NCBI RefSeq assembly: GCF_001194135.2
Contig: NC_068991.1
Span: forward strand, 79,998,168 to 80,039,893
Length of the DNA: 41,726 bases
Reading direction: 5' to 3'
From: Octopus bimaculoides
Taxonomy: Eukaryota
The position numbers and the translations under genes are program-made. Position 1 is the stretch's first letter, and every line of letters starts with the position of its first letter. The notes beneath the pieces were generated by a model that saw only the letters and a program-made list of their open reading frames with translations, had not been told where the DNA came from and ran no database searches. Positions 1-12,200 of this stretch are shown piece after piece.

Positions 1-27
1 TATATATATATTCATTCCGTAATTCAA

Positions 28-67
<40 letters not shown>

Positions 68-104
68 ACCGTATATATATATATATATATACTAAAAGCG
101 TTTT

Positions 105-495
105 AGCCACTGCACTGCGGCCATTCAGGGGCCACCACTTTGAAAGGTTCGGCCGAATAAATCGAGTCCAGCACTAATTTCTTTTTTAAAGTCTGGTACT
201 CATTTTATCGTTCTCACTTGCTGAATTGTTAAATTACGGGACCGTAAACAAACCAACACTGGTTGTCAAGCTGTGGTAAAAGTACAAATACATACACAAA
301 AATACACATTCAGACATACACGCACATACACACACACACACACACACATTTACGAAGTGGCTTCTTTCAGTTTCCGTCCACCATATCCATTCAGTTCAAG
401 GCTGTAGTAGAGCACTTGCAAAATATGTTATGCAGTGGGACTGAACACGGAACCATTTGATTAGGAAGACAACTTATCACACAGCTACACCAGCG
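105..495 (-). mobile_element. tRNA-derived SINE, family A (about 400 bp, internal CA microsatellite), decayed copy
   Basis: Collinear with the copy at 27568-27985 (AATTACGGG..GTAAAC..ACAC..GGTTGTCAAGC, CA tract, CTTCT.TCAGT.TCCGTC, GGGACTGAAC). B-box-like GTTCAGTCC on the minus strand at about 438-447. Confidence 0.8.
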
Positions 496-834
496 GCTTT
501 ATAATGTGTGTGTACGCGTGTGTATGTGTGCTTGTGTGCGTGTGCATGTGAACTAAATAAACTAAATAAATCATATGAATTGTTAAATGAAATCAAAACC
601 TCTAACCAAAGAAAACAGATTGTAAACAAAAAAGAGAAATTGTTGTTTTACGTTTTACATGTCGCCATAAGTTTCCATCAGCTACTTCTTTTAAAAAAAT
701 AATATTAACAATAAAAATTACGAGATCGAAAAATAAATATCTAGAAAAATATATCAAAAGAAAATATCTAGAGAAGGTATTAAAAGAAAACTGCCGTCTG
801 TCTTCAGTGTTTATTTTCTGTCTTTGAATTACAG

Positions 835-879
835 CGGAAGATCAAAAATCAACGGTCGTAGTCTAACATCCGTTCTCAA
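835..879 (+). CDS. Candidate 45 nt internal exon (phase 2 to 2; GRSKINGRSLTSVL)
   Basis: Pyrimidine-rich acceptor ttattttctgtctttgaattacag and consensus donor CAA|GTAAGT. Only one of three frames is open and the length is a multiple of 3. No homology recognised. Confidence 0.5.
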
Positions 880-1217
880 GTAAGTTATTCAGTGATTGCA
901 CTGGACTTAAAGACCGTTTTATCCTTTGCAAGACGCCAAAGGGAAAATTATGTTTTCAATAAAATACTATCATCAAGCAGATAAGAACAATTCATTCACA
1001 AAACAACGGATGTTGCTTCTTATTTGTATTATTCACTGATTTGTATTCTTCTAGCTTTTAATTTTGTTGATTTTTTTTTTTTATGTGTGTTCTTTTAGTT
1101 TTACTGTTCGGTTTGTGTGAGCATTTCTTTTATATTTTTGTTGCCTTACGATTTATTTTAGTCTTACTATTTGTTTTATTGATTCAATTTTAGTTTCAAT
1201 TTACGTTCTTTTTTATC

Positions 1218-1232
1218 TTCTTCTTCTTCTTC

Positions 1233-1317
<85 letters not shown>

Positions 1318-1322
1318 TATTA
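1218..1322. repeat. (TCT)n into (TTA)n compound microsatellite
   Basis: Directly visible. Confidence 0.95.
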
Positions 1323-1702
1323 TTGGAACGTGTTTCAATGATTATTTTTGTTGTAAAATGATGCCTGTGTTGGCTTAAGCATTTAATTCGGTGTCACATA
1401 TCGTGTGTAGTTATTCTAATAAATTCTTTAGAATTCCTCGCTTCGGAGAGAAAGGGGTGAGTTAGAAAACAGTGTAAACAACGATTTTTGCCCTGACGTA
1501 TATAATATGCTCAATATATTATCTGTTTTACACGTCAGTGCACAGATAACTGTACCAGCTGCCATTTCAAGCATATAAGTGTTCGTATAGAGAATGTTAT
1601 CTTAAATCTAAAAGTCAATGGAATATTCAGGTAGAGAGTGATGTACTGAATGACGTGTGCAAAAACTAGACAATGGAATGATTTTGCTTCTTCTGTTTTC
1701 AG

Positions 1703-1716
1703 GAATTGTTTTCAAT
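1703..1716 (+). CDS. Candidate 14 nt microexon (phase 2 to 1; K-NCFQ when joined to 835-879)
   Basis: Acceptor ttttgcttcttctgttttcag and donor AAT|GTAAGC. Phase-compatible with 835-879. Confidence 0.35.
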
Positions 1717-2746
1717 GTAAGCCATTCCATACAAACGAAAATGCAATAGATACAGAATCATTGACTGACATTTTTCAATAACTATGATAAATATATTTTG
1801 TTAAGTTCAGGTTAGATTTTTACATTGTATTATAAATGTAATAATCTATTTTGAATAGAGTTTATCTTTTATTACAGACGATAGTAGATCAGTTCCGTTT
1901 ATATTGTGTGCATCTATTTCCTCGAGAACGGATATACAGAAAACATAATGTGTCGACGTGTGATTTGACACTGCCTTCCGGTTACTTTCTTTATAATTTT
2001 ATGATATCATAAATGTAAAACGAATTTTGGGTAATAATGTTTTGACAAGGTGTGACACCAGTTCCTGTGAGATTATTGTGATAAATAGACACTCAGAAAG
2101 ACGGCTGAAAGTAAGAATAGATGCATCAATGAATGTACAGTTGGTTACATAGATGATGGATATTTAGTTACGAGGATGGGGATGGATGGACGTATGGGCG
2201 GACTTGGGGACAGAAAGATGGATGGATGGGTGGATAGATTGATGGACTGATGCTATTTTAATGCAGTACGTATTTACCTCTTTTTCCGCACAGTCTGTAA
2301 CATCATGCCGCAACCTCAGAGTATCCAGGCTGGATCTACCTAATTCAGAGGGCAACATAACGCTTACGTGTCAGATCGTAGAGCAACCATCTTCTAAGAA
2401 CATCACATGAGACAGTGTATAAGCTGTGTACGTGTGTGTGTATTAGTTTCTTTCCGTCGGAACGTATGTACCTAAACTATATGCTAAAATAAATTTTTAG
2501 GTATCATTAGCGATCGTTAAACGCTTACCTAACATAGAGGTGTCAGATAGTCTGGACTATACATATCTTACAGATACAATATGTATATGATTAAAGTATC
2601 TCACAACGCTCGAACCGTAGAAGTCGAACATGTAATGGTAAAGATAGTCGTTAGATATCATTAGATGGTTACATAACTCTTCAGAGTCCGACCGTTCGTA
2701 GATCGTTAAGACTTAATAAATATTATTAAAGCATATAACAGTTCAA

Positions 2747-2795
<49 letters not shown>

Positions 2796-2837
2796 TGTGT
2801 ATACTCCTTCTTACATTGCTTATTGGTGTTCTAGAGT

Positions 2838-3092
2838 GGAGGCGCAATGGCCCAGCAGTTAGAGCAGCGGACTCGCGGTCGTAGGATCGCAGTTTCGATT
2901 CCCAGACCGCGCGTTGTGAGTGTTTATTGAGCGAAAACACCTAAAGCACCACGAGGCTCCGGCAAAGGATAGTGGTGAACCCCGCTGTACTCTTCCACCA
3001 CAACTTTCTCTCACTCTTTCTTCCTGTTTCTGTTGAACCTGAATTTCAAAGGGCCAGCCTTGTCACACTCTGTGTCACACTGAATATCCTTA
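2838..3092 (+). mobile_element. tRNA-derived SINE, family C, 3' truncated
   Basis: GGAGGCGCAATGGCCCAGCAGTTAG (A-box-like) and GTTTCGATTCCC (B-box-like, 2892-2903) in tRNA-like spacing, followed by a non-tRNA body. Not a full cloverleaf. Confidence 0.75.
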
Positions 3093-3967
3093 CATATCAT
3101 GTCACACATTGACACTGTGTGCATTGAATTTCGCGTCAGTAGACGTAACTGACCGACACTTCGAAGTTACTGTCAATACTATTCTTCTTAAATTATAAAT
3201 TTGTACTCTATCAAAAGTAATGAGTAATTCTTCGGTTTAATGTAAAACTGTTTTTATTACAATATAAAAACAAACACTAATATCTATGCATGCATGTATG
3301 TATATTGCGTGTTTGGTTCTGTGCCTGCAACTGTGTCTGCGTGTGCGTGTGTTCGTGTATATGTGCGTCTGTATATTTGAATATTTTGTAAAGGAACGTC
3401 ATAAATATTCACCCATACAAACTAGTGATTCATCATAATGTTCTACTTCAAAGATTTCTTTTCAGTAAATGCAAAAAAAAGGTAGAAAATAGATAAAAAA
3501 TTTATTCTTCGCCAAACACCTTATGTACCATCTCCGGCTACCAGCAGCGACCTCGCCACCACCACCACCACTACAAGCACCAATACACTCATAAACTCGA
3601 CATTTTCTTACTTTAATATCTGGAAACCGTCTTGCTAAAATCAATTATTTCGTTAGCTATCCAATTTGATTTTCACAATGCTTCCGTCTACGAAGACTTG
3701 TACCGAAAATATCTTTCTTCTTTGCACTTTTTGTCAATATTTCTAAGTGATGAAAGCCGAAACGTCTGCATGTATGAAACTGAATTGTTTATTCGGTGTG
3801 GGAACAGCTGAAAAATCAAGCAAAGTTAAAACTGTTAAGAAAGAAAAGTGTCATTTTGTATAAATAGTGTCTCTAAAATTTCTCTTCAAATATTAGCATT
3901 TGTGAAGCAATCGCTAAAATGTGATTACGTGGATATTTATGGGATTGTGTTACGTCCATACGTGTGC

Positions 3968-4023
<56 letters not shown>

Positions 4024-4484
4024 GAGTGCGAGTCTATGTCTGCGCATATGGGCGTATTTCTTCTTGAATTTACATACATTTTGCTAAAATAAACACACAC
4101 ATACATGTACGTCTATGCCTGTCTGTCAATTAGTGATTATGCATGTTAAAATGCAGAATATATATATATGAATATGCGTGTGTGTAAGTGTATCTAGATA
4201 TATATATGTGTGTGCGTGTGTATTATATACATAGGTGTGTATGTATAGGCATACACACCTATGTATGTATGTATGTATGTATGTATGTTTGTATGTATGT
4301 ATGTATGTATGTATGAATGTATGTATGTTGAAAAGCTTGTGCATATTAATATATGATATATATNNNNNNNNNNNNNNNNNNNNNNNNNNNNNNNNNNNNN
4401 NNNNNNNNNNNNNNNNNNNNNNNNNNNNNNNNNNNNNNNNNNNNNNNNNNNNNNNNNNNNNNNNNNNNNNNNNNNNNNNNNNNN

Positions 4485-4522
<38 letters not shown>

Positions 4523-4703
4523 ATGCACACATTCACAAGACAAGTCGCCACTCAAATTTTACTTTGATGATTGGATGTGATGAAAGCTTGACACTGCAAA
4601 CAGAAGATTCAATAAACGATTCAATAGCTGTAAAAACAATCTCTCCTCCATGGATTTTGTCGAGCAACTGTCTTCGTCTCATTACTTTCGTTTTATGTGC
4701 TTT

Positions 4704-4770
4704 CTTCTTCTTCTTCTTTTTCTTCTTCTTCTTCTTCTTCTTCTTCTTCTTCTTCTTCTTCTTTTTCTCC
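4704..4770. repeat. (CTT)n microsatellite
   Basis: Directly visible. Confidence 0.95.
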
Positions 4771-4849
4771 TCCTTCCTGTAAACAAGAATATAATATTCT
4801 ATATTGATTATTCCCTACGACACAATGTTTATGAAATAAATAGATAAAT

Positions 4850-5307
4850 AATTATTTCTACTGCAAGTGCAGGGCCTGAAATTTTTGTGGGTAAAGGGAG
4901 TAGTTTACAGCGACCCCATTGCTTGTTTCTTAGTTATTTCATCGAACCCAAAAAGATGAAAGTCAAAGACGACCTCTACGGAATTTGAACTCGGAACGTA
5001 AAGACGGACAAAATGCTGCTAACCGTTGTGTCTGATACACTAACACTGTGTCAGCTCGCCGCTTTAATAATAATAATAATGATAATGGTTTACACTTTTT
5101 CCACAAAGGCAGCCATTTTTGGAGAGGGGTTGTGTCGATTACATCATTTTCTACTCTAGGTACTAAGCCCGAAATTTTTGGGGTAGAGAGCCAGTCGGTT
5201 AGATCGACCCCAGCATGCAACTGGTACTTAATTTATCGATACCGAAAGGATGAAAGGCAAAGTCGACCTCGGCTGAATTTGAACTCAGAGTTTGCCAGCT
5301 CGTCGCC

Positions 5308-5372
<65 letters not shown>

Positions 5373-5400
5373 CCTTTCTACTAAAGCCACAAGGCCAGCC
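4850..5400 (-). mobile_element. Head-to-tail array of family B tRNA-derived SINE units separated by (ATT)n
   Basis: On the minus strand there is a full copy at 5065-4850, a 3' fragment at 5135-5085, an internally deleted copy at 5310-5135 and a 3' tail at 5397-5371. The two copies with heads begin AA(A/G)GCG(G/A)CGAGCTG and have a B-box GAGTTCAAATTC. All units match the copy at 20539. Confidence 0.8.
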
Positions 5401-5535
5401 CTAACGTTACGTCAAGGAAATTAACGGCGATAAAACTTGTATCTTCAGTAATACTGAGTCTTATTTTCTGAAATACTTTCAGTTATAATGACTGTATGTA
5501 TATATACATACATATGTGTGTATATATATATATAT

Positions 5536-5596
<61 letters not shown>

Positions 5597-5606
5597 NNNN
5601 NNNNNN

Positions 5607-5638
<32 letters not shown>

Positions 5639-6344
5639 CTATGTATGTATGTATGTATGTATGTATGTATGCATGTATGTATGTATGTATGTATGTATGT
5701 ATGTATAGACATACTAGAATATTTTAAATTTTTACCTAATTCTTCGTACATAGAAAGAAAAACTTATGAACCACTTTCTTTGATTTTCGACACTGGTGCG
5801 AGAGAGTGGTGGGGGCGGGCTATCGGACGTATTTACAAAAACGCAGGATTGCAGAGAAGGAACCAAAGCTTAGAGAGTGCCAACTTGTACTGTATTTTGT
5901 GTGATGATAATTTCTCACATCCCCAGATAAATCTTAGCTATTTGAGTGAAACGGAGTAGAGGAAAACTGGTTGAAAGAGCACCCTGGTCACGCTTGATGT
6001 CATGTGAGTTCTGTTAGAGGGTCATTACGCTGAGAGTACACGTATTTGTGAAATGCTGAACCGATTTCAATGAGAAGATGGATCGACTGATCGAAGAACA
6101 GTTATTTACAGCTTCTATATAAAGAATGCAATACACGACGTAACCTTCTCACTTTTTAAAAAGAATTATTGATGCATTCAGTAGTTTGTTCATTGTGTTT
6201 ATAATCGAAGACAGAAATCTATAAATTCATTCTGTAGTGCAAGGTTCCAGTTTTGTAAGAACAACAATGAAGCAATAAAGTGTATTATGTGGGTGATGTG
6301 GTTGTTATTTCTAGCATTGCAACAGACTATGTACAGACATTTCC

Positions 6345-6550
6345 TCACTGGATGACAGCAATGACAATGAGGATAAAAACGACGATAGGGATGAAGGCGA
6401 TGATGATAATGACGATGATGATGATAGCAGTGGTGGTGGTAGCGATGATGATGATGATGATGATGAAGACGATGGCGTTGGTGGTAATGAAGAATATCAT
6501 CCTCATCACCATCCTCATCATCATCATCATCATCACCATCGTCATGATTA
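6345..6550. repeat. Degenerate (GAT)n tract followed by (CAT)n tract
   Basis: Directly visible. It accounts for the poly-H, poly-D and poly-M ORF-track entries. Confidence 0.9.
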
Positions 6551-6814
6551 TCACCAATCGGCAACAACGTCATGCAAACATTTTTCATACTATTGCCATT
6601 GATTGAGATTTTTCAATTTTTTTCATTTTTTTTCTTTTTCTTTTTGTTTGTTTGTTGCTTTCTTCTTCGTATCCTAACAAGTTCCAAATACCTTTAACCA
6701 TTCCTCGGATACATTCCATTTCCTCCACCACCGCCAGGCAAAACATCTTTGGAGCAAAACATACAAAAGCTAAACTAGTCTTTCTGCTGCTTTTATTATA
6801 TTTTTTCCTCTCAG

Positions 6815-6880
6815 AACTATTTTAGATTTTCTAAAAATAAATGGATTAAAAGAAGAGAAAAAGAAATAAAGATACTGACT
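6815..6880 (+). CDS. Weak candidate 66 nt exon (phase 0 to 0; NYFRFSKNKWIKRREKEIKILT)
   Basis: Strong acceptor ttttattatattttttcctctcag, but the donor ACT|GTAAAT is weak. Confidence 0.2.
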
Positions 6881-7221
6881 GTAAATTTTGAAATATTTTG
6901 AAATAGTTTTTTTTAGTTCCACAACCTACGTATACCTATAAAAGGTGAACCGTTTTTTAAACGTAATTGGGTCATTATTGTTTATTTAATTCGATTTACA
7001 TCGATAGTAATGTGTTTGCTTTTGCATGGCTTGTCTATTATTTGCATACATGCAATATATATGTATACATATACATATATATGCATATAGAGATACTTAT
7101 TTCTATACATATGCACACACCTACATACATTGGTAGCACATGTATAATACAAACAGACATGCTCACAAACATATATATGTAAACACCGGCAATCATACAC
7201 ACGTTAACATATACACACATT

Positions 7222-7395
7222 AAGGCAGCAAGCAAGCAGAATCGTCACCGCGCAGTCCTTACTTTCTGAGTTCAAATTACGCCGAGTTCAAATATCCCTT
7301 TCATCCTTTTGGGGTCGAACAAAATTAAGTCCCAGTTGAACACTGAGGTCGATGTATTCTACTTTTCCCCATTTGTACATAAATTTGAGATCAAT
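7222..7395 (+). mobile_element. Family B SINE, decayed and internally deleted
   Basis: AAGGCAGCAAGC..GCAGAATCG, TCTGAGTTCAAATT and TTTCATCCTTTTGGGGTCGA match the 20539 copy. Confidence 0.7.
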
Positions 7396-7878
7396 AAATA
7401 CACACATAATTACATATATTTATACCTAATTACATGCATATAGGCTCGAATGCTTTGAGACATGAATAATTATGCACACGTGCACAAATCCATCCATTTC
7501 ATACATAACTACCCATTTACCTACCTACCTACCCACCCACCCATACATACACGTATACGAAGTATCAACAGCCACCTATTCGTAGCTTCATCCTTACGTA
7601 AACACATGCACGCACACATAAATACGCACGTACATATATACAAGCAGCGGTATATTTCTGTACGTACTTCTGCATGTGTATATATAGAAGATTATACACA
7701 CACATATATATATATACAGAAATATATACCAACTCCAATTTGATCGTAGCAAAAGGCCGAGAAGCAACTATACGTATAAATATGCATACATTCATGCTGC
7801 TTCAGGTTCCTGAGTTGATCACGTGCACACAATCACATGTACATAAGGAAAAGAAATACACACACAAACAATGATGAA

Positions 7879-7924
<46 letters not shown>

Positions 7925-8043
7925 NNNNNNNNNNNNNNNNNNNNNNNNNNNNNNNNNNNNNNNNNNNNNNNNNNNNNNNNNNNNNNNNNNNNNNNNNNNN
8001 NNNNNNNNNNNNNNNNNNNNNNNNNNNNNNNTATGTATGTGTG

Positions 8044-8580
8044 TCGAAACGCTTAGTTTAGAATAGGGGCAGCTGATGAAGGAAATATTCTCTATGTGGC
8101 CTGTTTGTTTTCTGTGCTCTGTTTATGTTGTTTTTCATTTTGTCCACGTTTTCTTGTGACGTCCTGTACCCAGATATGTATCTATATATACATGTAGATG
8201 TAAGTTTGTACATACATGTGCGTATATATGCATATACGCACATATTATTTGTATTATATATATATATATAATGCAAAATGGGACAAGAGTGCAAAACATC
8301 CAGACAGGTGATACAAGAAAGGGACAACAAAACATCCAGACAGACGATACAAAGAAAACAAGCACGAGTCATTCGGAATTTTCTTTCCTCAGTCGAGTTC
8401 CAGATTATCTTTGCAATTTCGGCTGTTTTTTCTCGATATTGCTCCAATCTGGCCAGTCCCAAGGAAAAACTAAGCTAAGAGCATTAGATTCCTTGGAAGA
8501 AAGCAGCGAATGTATGCAAAAACAAGGACGGAAAAAGAACGAACAATGTTACACAAATACAATAAAAATAATAACAACAG
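8044..8580. repeat. Probable interspersed repeat of unknown class with an internal 36 bp-period direct repeat
   Basis: CAAAACATCCAGACAG occurs at 8292-8307 and 8328-8343, each copy preceded by GGGACAA and followed by ..GATACAA. The repeat status is recalled, not verified. Confidence 0.35.
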
Positions 8581-8583
8581 GTG

Positions 8584-8964
8584 TCTTTCAAATATAAAAC
8601 TGTGAATGTGTGTGCGTATCTGTCTGTCTGTGTGCGTGTCTGTATGCGTGTATCACTAAAACTCGAGAACTACCCAACCGATTTCATTCGAATTTTACAC
8701 ATGCATTAATTAAGGTCCATGGAGTGTCATGAGCCAAAACAGTTTTCATCTTGCCTAATGCGGGCCCGGATCAATGTCTTACACTGGTTCGGTATTCTGT
8801 TTCAAAAGTGAAACAATATTTACGTGTCAAAAGTGAAACAATAACATCTATATTGTTTATGATATAATACTTTCACTTTTCTTCTTTCACTTTTATATTG
8901 TTTCACTTTTATATTGTTTCACTTTTATATTGTTTCACTTTTATATTGTTTCACATCGTACTAG
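8584..8964 (+). mobile_element. Non-autonomous Helitron/Helentron-like (DINE-1-like) element with 16 bp minisatellite
   Basis: 5' TC..AAATATAAAA, then a (CTGT)n tract, a core CTCGAGAACTACCCAACCGATTTCATTC, four perfect TTTCACTTTTATATTG units (8885-8948) and a 3' CTAG followed by T. No clear subterminal 3' hairpin. Confidence 0.5.
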
Positions 8965-9369
8965 TTGCAACGTTGCAAGTTATTTACAGTTACTCTTAAA
9001 TTAGCATTTAATACATGTGCTTTATCAGTCTGTGTGTCTGTCTGTCTATCTGTCTTTTCCCAATGCATTCTACGTCACATTCTGTATATGAGTGTGTATG
9101 TGCCTGTCAGTGTATGTATGTGAGTTTATGAGTGTGCATGTGTCTGTAAGTATGTGGGGCGGGGTCCACGTTCGACGACGACGTCACATTTTGTATATCC
9201 GGAATTTAAGTTACTGATCAGTTCTGTACAGACCTCGCTTGCTCCTGCCTGAGATTCGAAATCGAATCTACCAATTCTCGCTACATATACGGCCTATTGT
9301 TCTGTCAAGGACCAACACAGATCTGTGTTTTGCACTTGAGTCTTCCCTCTTTTCTATGACATGGAAAAT

Positions 9370-10106
9370 TAAAATAGATAACCAGTCAGCTTCATTCATG
9401 TGTTTCCACTCCAGATTCCGTGTTTTGGATTCTGGCTCACAGTGATGGACCTAAGTCTCATTTCCTGTGACTATTCCTTCCAAAACAATCCTTTCCCTTC
9501 ACCGTTGTAGCGGTCGTGTAAGCATCGACAGATTTTCACATGATTGCGCTTATATCCTCGGTAAGTTCTCTTAGCAACCGTATCGCACACACTTTTCGGA
9601 ATTGAAGCTTGTTGTGAGAGGTTTTGAATGCAGAATCATCAATAATTTGGAGAGAATATACCATCTATTTTACAGTCTCTCATCGGTTCACCAGAACTAT
9701 CTCTCGAGTGTGCAGAACCATTACGTCAGTGGTGGGAGTTGATGGACGTCTTACTCCTTCTGTTTCATGAATGTCTGGCCAGTTTTAAACTTCTTGACCG
9801 ACTCAAATTCACATCTACCCGATAGAGTGCTATCCCTGTATTATACTGAAATCTTACGAGGAATTCCATGCCCTTACACATCTTCGGAGTAGACAAATCA
9901 AATCACTGGTTACTGATCTTCCTTGGATAACACTGCAAATGGAGCCGGCGTGTTTATTCAGTTCTACAACAAACAAAAATGGACCAATCAAGGCAAAGCA
10001 TCGGTTGGATAACCACAAGAGTTCCAACTTTTAACATGCAAACAGTGAAGACCCGCTGACCGAAAGTTTTGGTGAAAGTGCAGCTAATTTTTGACTTCCA
10101 TTTGCA
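9370..10106 (-). mobile_element. Decayed mariner transposon, 5' portion (HTH domains to first catalytic Asp region)
   Basis: Manual minus-strand translation across frameshifts gives remnants such as KFKTG, RPSTxTTD, LQFRKVCA..RELTED and VTGNET*VHHCEPESK..EWKH, matching mariner WVPxEL and TGDETW motifs. A TIR-like GAAGTCAAAAATTAGCTGCAC lies at about 10078-10098. Confidence 0.8.
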
Positions 10107-10321
10107 CATATGAGTACATATGTGCGTGTGTGTGTGTGTTTGTGTGTGTGTGCGTATATGCGTGTGCGCGTACGCGTGCATGCGTGTGTGTATATATATA
10201 TATATGCATGTTATTTGCATCTGCTTTTAAATATATAAATCCTTCCTTTGTGGCAGGAAAATTTTAAGTAGTTGGAAACAGATGAAAATAAGATACATAA
10301 ATATAAACATACATGCATAAA

Positions 10322-10357
<36 letters not shown>

Positions 10358-10654
10358 TATATATGTATGTATGTATGTATTTATGCATGNNNNNNNNNNN
10401 NNNNNNNNNNNNNNNNNNNNNNNNNNNNNNNNNNNNNNNNNNNNNNNNNNNNNTATATATATATATTATGTATATACGTACATATATATTATATATATGT
10501 GTGTGTATGTGTGTATACGGGTGTGAGTAAATGTTTGTATGGGTGTATGTATGTATATTTATATATATGCATAAATATATATTTGTCTATATTCATACAA
10601 AGTGCTATATATATATATATGTGTATATATATATAGATAGGTGCACACACACAC

Positions 10655-10705
<51 letters not shown>

Positions 10706-10960
10706 TGCGTGCGTGTGTGTATCAGTTTAAGTCACAATATATGGATTGAACTAATCCGGTGGGACTCAGAGAAAAAACCTCTTAATGTATCATTCTACGA
10801 GACAAAGAATATACGATATAATTTCTTATCGTATTTCGTATCATAATGTGGGGGGGGGGGTTGTAAATAGACTTACTGCGTTTGGAAACTTCATGTTTTG
10901 ATATAATTGTAAACATGGAATTCTTTGAACCTGACGAGCAAGCTTAATATCTGCATTAAT

Positions 10961-11023
<63 letters not shown>

Positions 11024-11207
11024 CATATATATACATCAGTACAGACATGTAAATGATTTATGATGTACTATGAAATATTATGAAATAGATTATTTATATA
11101 TGTTTACTAAGCTGCGAAACAATTGTTGTTAAACATGAATAGCCAATAGTAAAATATATTTTCTCATAGTATATTTCTCCCTTTATTTATAATTAAATAT
11201 ATCATAT

Positions 11208-11211
11208 AATA

Positions 11212-11297
<86 letters not shown>

Positions 11298-11920
11298 NNN
11301 NNNNNNNNNNNNNNNNNNNNNNNNNNNNNNNNNNNNNNNNNNNNNNNNNNNNNNNNNNNNNNNNNNNNNNNNNNNNNNNNNNNNNNNNNNNNNNNNNNNN
11401 NNNNNNNNNNNNNNNNNNNNNNNNNNNNNNNNNNNNNNNNNNNNNNNNNNNNNNNNNNNNNNNNNNNNNNNNNNNNNNNNNNNNNNNNNNNNNNNNNNNN
11501 NNNNNNNNNNNNNNNNNNNNNNNNNNNNNNNNNNNNNNNNNNNNNNNNNNNNNNNNNNNNNNNNNNNNNNNNNNNNNNNNNNNNNNNNNNNNNNNNNNNN
11601 NNNNNNNNNNNNNNNNNNNNNNNNNNNNNNNNNNNNNNNNNNNNNNNNNNNNNNNNNNNNNNNNNNNNNNNNNNNNNNNNNNNNNNNNNNNNNNNNNNNN
11701 NNNNNNNNNNNNNNNNNNNNNNNNNNNNNNNNNNNNNNNNNNNNNNNNNNNNNNNNNNNNNNNNNNNNNNNNNNNNNNNNNNNNNNNNNNNNNNNNNNNN
11801 NNNNNNNNNNNNNNNNNNNNNNNNNNNNNNNNNNNNNNNNNNNNNNNNNNNNNNNNNNNNNNNNNNNNNNNNNNNNNNNNNNNNNNNNNNNNNNNNNNNN
11901 NNNNNNNNNNNNNNNNNNNN

Positions 11921-11988
<68 letters not shown>

Positions 11989-12016
11989 TATTATTATTAT
12001 CATTATTATTATTATT
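11208..12016. repeat. Long (TTA)n microsatellite spanning an assembly gap (11298-11920)
   Basis: Directly visible on both sides of the gap. Confidence 0.9.
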
Positions 12017-12200
12017 TTATGTTTGACTTTTGCTTTACATTTGTACAAGTTGGCTCCAAGTCTCATCCAGAGACCTCAAGAGACAACAAATTAGAAGCTG
12101 ATGTTGGTGTTCTGCCTAGAGTGAAATATATTTGGTTTTGTAGATAGAGTTGTTCTAGAGAATGTCAAAGAAACCACAAGAAAATGATGTGTCTGATACG
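12017..12200 (-). mobile_element. Probable LINE 3' UTR ending in a (TAA)n tail (R4/Dong-like)
   Basis: The minus strand ends ...GCAAAAGTCAAACATAAAATAATAATAAT, running into the (TAA)n array. There is no coding remnant, so the family is inferred. Confidence 0.4.

Noticed and set aside
1878-2110. Exon after the acceptor at 1877
   Set aside because: The acceptor is good, but all frames stop before any convincing donor.
2838-2910. tRNA gene
   Set aside because: A and B boxes are present, but there is no acceptor stem or complete cloverleaf, and the sequence runs into a SINE body. The same applies to the heads at 20539 and 27985.
3747-3766. GTGATGAAAGCCGAAACGTC hammerhead-like string
   Set aside because: The core C is replaced by G, stem II is essentially absent and there is no stem I pairing. 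At best it is a dead remnant.
8584-8954. CRISPR-like or prokaryotic repeat array
   Set aside because: The units are contiguous with no spacers, the context is eukaryotic and there are no cas genes.
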